Below, in pieces: positions 60,810-64,000 of a stretch of DNA of 64,000 nt. The notes beneath the pieces were generated by a model, which did not search any database, had not been told where the DNA came from, and worked only from the letters and a program-made list of their open reading frames with translations. The stretch comes from an uncultured Gemmatimonadales bacterium (lineage in GTDB: Bacteria; Gemmatimonadota; Gemmatimonadetes; Gemmatimonadales; GWC2-71-9): contig CAVZZO010000003.1 in assembly GCA_963779755.1 (NCBI GenBank), positions 1,440,001 through 1,504,000 of the forward strand. The letters are read 5' to 3'. The first letter of the stretch is position 1. Each line of letters starts with the position of its first letter. The position numbers and the translations under genes are program-made.

Positions 60810-61460
60810 CTATGGCTGAACATGGCTGTTGCTGTAGGAGCCGTCAGCTCCCCACACCTCGACATTCCCGTGAAGCTGAGGAGAGCCCCCACGAGTTAGC
60901 GGGTGCGTCTCCACGCGAATGTCTACCTTTGTGCCGTCAGGAAAAACAATCGCTACTCCCTGACCGCCTCTGGTAGCATGCGGCTCAACTGTGGCCCCTG
61001 CATCCGATACTGCCTGAACAATCTGCTCGTTGGTAACCTGTGAAGAGCCGTCCCCCAACGAGCCGATAGTTCTACCGAGGACTGTTCCTTCCGCAGCACC
61101 AACCACCTTGTTCAGTACCGCACCCGCCACCTTGATCCCGCCGAAGAGAAGGGCGACGTCCTTAGCTCCCCCGGAAATGTCCCCACTTCCGATCTTGTCG
61201 CCGGCAGCAGCCGCGAAGTTAACCCCAAGAGCCTCAAGGCCAGCGTTAGCGGCGGCGCCTGTCCACAATGCGGCCTTACCGACTATGCCGCCTCGAGAAG
61301 CACCCCAGTTGGCTAATCCTTGGGCGAGGCATTCTGTCCACGCCGACGACCCCTTGCATGGGTCCAGCCCAAACGGATCACGAAACGCAACCGGATTCCC
61401 CCCCGCATACGCATACAGATTGACCCCACCGGCGAGCCCGATGGGATCCTGGGTGAGAAA
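60810..61460 (-). CDS. Orphan Rhs-CT cassette F
   Basis: [14 protein letters not shown]; His-rich tip IRVETH..HGNVE..NSH. Confidence 0.85.
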   Translation of the reverse strand, partial: FLTQDPIGLAGGVNLYAYAGGNPVAFRDPFGLDPCKGSSAWTECLAQGLANWGASRGGIVGKAALWTGAAANAGLEALGVNFAAAAGDKIGSGDISGGAKDVALLFGGIKVAGAVLNKVVGAAEGTVLGRTIGSLGDGSSQVTNEQIVQAVSDAGATVEPHATRGGQGVAIVFPDGTKVDIRVETHPLTRGGSPQLHGNVEVWGADGSYSNSHVQP

Positions 61461-61688
61461 ACACCTGATAGCGTTTCCCGCCTACGATCCCGCGCTCCTA
61501 AGCCGCTTCAGTTGTTCAGTTTAGCCGCTCCGCTCTTGCCGATCTTGATCATAAGATGCACCCGAAAAGGCCGGGACGTGAGTTTCGGGGCCGACTCCGC
61601 CGTCCTCTACCGGCGTCAAGGTACTTCATGCGGTGCGTGGCCGAATCGTGAGTGCGCGGGCAGCCAGTTCGCTGGAGGATCGTTCATG

Positions 61689-62099
61689 CTAGATGGTGGC
61701 CTTCTCACGGGGGATGGGCTTCGAGAGTAGGCTGTACGTGAGAAGACCGACGATAACTCCTGGGCCAAGCCGTATGAGGTAGTCCAATCGGACAAGGAGC
61801 AGCAGGACAGAAAGAGTGACTGGGCTTGACACGATCCAGGCGACGCGACGACCGAGCGCGGACCACCTCCGGCTGACCCTGAGTATCAGCAGCTGATGGA
61901 GGATGCTGCCCACTGAAACCGGCAAGAGCGCGACCAATAGGGGGAGAAGGAGGTCGCCAAACGAGGAAACCTCCGTTGGGCCAGGGAGAAAGCGCTCACT
62001 GATCACGAGGGTGAGGACAGCCAGTGGCAGCGCGACGAAATCCATGATCGCCACATTGCGCACCAGCTGCCTCATCTGGTGGTCGTCCAGTTTTCTCAC
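61689..62099 (-). CDS. Membrane protein, putative immunity for toxin G
   Basis: Three to four TM segments; starts 21 bp after the upstream stop. Confidence 0.65.
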   Translation of the reverse strand: MRKLDDHQMRQLVRNVAIMDFVALPLAVLTLVISERFLPGPTEVSSFGDLLLPLLVALLPVSVGSILHQLLILRVSRRWSALGRRVAWIVSSPVTLSVLLLLVRLDYLIRLGPGVIVGLLTYSLLSKPIPREKATI

Positions 62100-62491
62100 C
62101 CAACACTCCCTGAAAGCACTCTAAGGCTTAGCCTCATTCTTAATTCGATCAACTCCACAGGCCAAGGCACACAGTGAGGTCGAGGATTCCGTTTGCTGTA
62201 GGACAGTGTGCGCCTTGCCGTCGGCGTCGTAATAGTATGCTTCAAGAGAAGGGTAGTGACTCGCGAACCCGTCAACGCTGTAGCTTCCGCTCCCGTTTGG
62301 CTTGAATTCCAAATACCCAGCGACGCCTGGTACCGTTGTCTTCGAATCGTGTCCCTCAAGCGAGATGGTAATCTTCCCGTCTGGGCCGAATGACGCCCCG
62401 ATTTGATTGAAGGGCGACGGACTCTTGCTGCATGACCCACCCGACGTACATGAAGGGGAGAATCCATGTGTGATCTCGCGCTGGTTCTTAG

Positions 62492-63865
62492 GGTGCCGTC
62501 CCGATTCGTGTAGAAAATTGAAATGGCGTATGCTTCCGGGATGATCGAACCCCGATCCGCCGAAGTGCGGATCTAACCCGGAGGCATACGCCATGAGAGA
62601 AGTTACGGCCACGGAGCAGGGGTGGGAAGCACTGGTCGGGGCGGACCCGCTTACGGCGGCCCTGCGCCGCGAAGCGCGGCGCTGGATTGAGCGCATGTTG
62701 CACGAGGAATTGGCGGCCGTCTTGGGCAGCGGCCGGCATGAGCGGACCGCCGCCCGGCAGGGATACCGGCACGGCACCCGGCGGCGGCGGGTGACGACCA
62801 GCCTGGGCCCCGTGGATCTCGCCATCCCGCGAGGGCGGGTGCAGGCGGGCGCCGAGCTGCGGGAATGGCAGAGCGGGCTGCTCCCGCGGTACGCGCGCCG
62901 AGCCCGGGCGGTGGATGCGGCGCTGATCGGCTTCTACTGCGGGGGCGGTAATCAGCGGCGGCTCGCCCGGGCGCTCCGCTCGCTGCTGGCCGACGGTCCC
63001 GCCTCGCGGAGCACGGTCTCGCGCGTCGTGCGGGGCCTGCGGCAGGGCTACGAGGCGTGGCGCGACCGCCCCCTGGGAGCGTTAGGGGTGCAGTATCTCT
63101 ATCTGGATGCGATTCACCTCCACGTGCGGGTGCTCAAGCGGGTCGAGCCGCTCCCGGTCCAGGTGGCGGTCGGGGTGCGGCCCGACGGGCAGAAGGTGCT
63201 GCTGGATCTCCGGCTCTACGTCGCGGAGAGCGCCGCGGCCTGGGGCGACTTCGTGCGCGGTCTGGTGGAGCGCGGCCTGGTCGCGCCGGCGCTGGTGATC
63301 ACCGACGGCAGCAAGGGTCTGCGCCGGGCGCTGAGCGAGATCTGGCCGCAGGCTGCGGTGCAGCGCTGCACGGTGCATAAGCTGCGCAACCTGGCGGCCC
63401 ACTGCCCGCAGCGGCTCTATCCGGCCGGCAAGCGCGACTACCACGCCATCGTGTATGCCGCCGATGCGGAGGCGGCGCGGCGGGCCTGGGGGCGGTTTAC
63501 CCGCCGCTGGGGCCGGGAGCTGCCGGGGGTGGTGGCGAGCCTGGAGGAGGCGGGCGAGGAGCTGCTCACGTTCTATCGCCTGCCGAAGGCGCAGTGGAAG
63601 AGCCTGCGCACGACGAATATCGTCGAGCGCGTGCTGGAGGAGGTGCGACGGCGAGTCAAAACGCAGGGATCGCTGCCCAGCACCGAGGCCGTCCTGGTGC
63701 TCGGCTACGGTCTGATCGCGACGGGGCAACTGCCCTTGCGGCGGATTGCCGGCTGGCGAACCTTGCCCCGTGTCAGTAACCGTCAAGCGGCTGCATGAGC
63801 GCCTGACACGCTTGGAGGCCCGGAGACAGCGCCCATTGATTTTCTACACAACTCGGGACACGACC
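62492..63865 (+). mobile_element. IS256-family element
   Basis: 25-bp imperfect TIRs ending GTGTAGAAA; 9-bp TSD GGTTCTTAG at 62483-62491 and 63866-63874. Confidence 0.93.
62593..63798 (+). CDS. IS256 transposase
   Basis: YLYLDA, ITDG.KGL, QRC.VHK.RN, RTTN..ER. Confidence 0.95.
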   Translation: MREVTATEQGWEALVGADPLTAALRREARRWIERMLHEELAAVLGSGRHERTAARQGYRHGTRRRRVTTSLGPVDLAIPRGRVQAGAELREWQSGLLPRYARRARAVDAALIGFYCGGGNQRRLARALRSLLADGPASRSTVSRVVRGLRQGYEAWRDRPLGALGVQYLYLDAIHLHVRVLKRVEPLPVQVAVGVRPDGQKVLLDLRLYVAESAAAWGDFVRGLVERGLVAPALVITDGSKGLRRALSEIWPQAAVQRCTVHKLRNLAAHCPQRLYPAGKRDYHAIVYAADAEAARRAWGRFTRRWGRELPGVVASLEEAGEELLTFYRLPKAQWKSLRTTNIVERVLEEVRRRVKTQGSLPSTEAVLVLGYGLIATGQLPLRRIAGWRTLPRVSNRQAAA

Positions 63866-64000
63866 GGTTCTTAGTATCGACAACGATATAGCCCCGGGAC
63901 TGCGCCGGGTCGGACGAACTGGAGAAGCCCCGGCCGTCACCCTTTAGCCCCGGAAAGACGGTCTTGGACTGGATGAAGAAGGAGAAACAGAGTGTGTTCG

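Larger units (their letters stand above)
62121..64000 (-). pseudogene. Putative toxin G interrupted by IS256 (5' end beyond window)
   Basis: Removing the IS and one TSD restores ...FFIQ..GDGRGFS..SRGYIVVDTKNQREITHG..YPSLEAY. Confidence 0.7.

Noticed and set aside
45766..64000. Classical integron or diversity-generating retroelement explaining the cassette array
   Set aside because: No tyrosine integrase, canonical attC pattern or reverse transcriptase is recognisable in the window.
1..64000. tRNA or rRNA genes
   Set aside because: None recognised by eye; tRNAscan or Infernal would be needed to exclude them.

Overview
GC-rich bacterial window. The kinase/TPR and kinase-FGE-hydrolase genes suggest Gemmatimonadota, which is an inference. 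0-9 kb: a HigBA pair, small genes and large mosaics of palindromic REP-like repeats. 9-16.6 kb: four co-oriented nuclease/helicase-type genes (TM0106-like, DUF2075-like, HP0729-like, DUF2779-like), three of them frameshifted. 16.6-42 kb: mostly core genes, including Ser/Thr kinases, long-form nagB, an amidohydrolase, a ba3-type oxidase cluster and a DUF899 cluster. This stretch also has two DUF559 genes and one GxxExxY gene, each bracketed by its own inverted repeat family. 42-64 kb: an accessory island with about seven minus-strand orphan Rhs C-terminal toxin cassettes (six with a downstream immunity candidate), about eight toxin-antitoxin modules, and IS630, IS110, IS256 and IS3 elements. 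The most striking feature is a 33-bp segment of the Rhs core ([11 protein letters not shown]) that occurs seven times. It is joined at fixed nucleotides to the repeats of GxxExxY-nuclease elements, which suggests a site-specific element that targets or shuffles Rhs toxin cassettes. All family names come from motif recognition by eye; no database searches were run.
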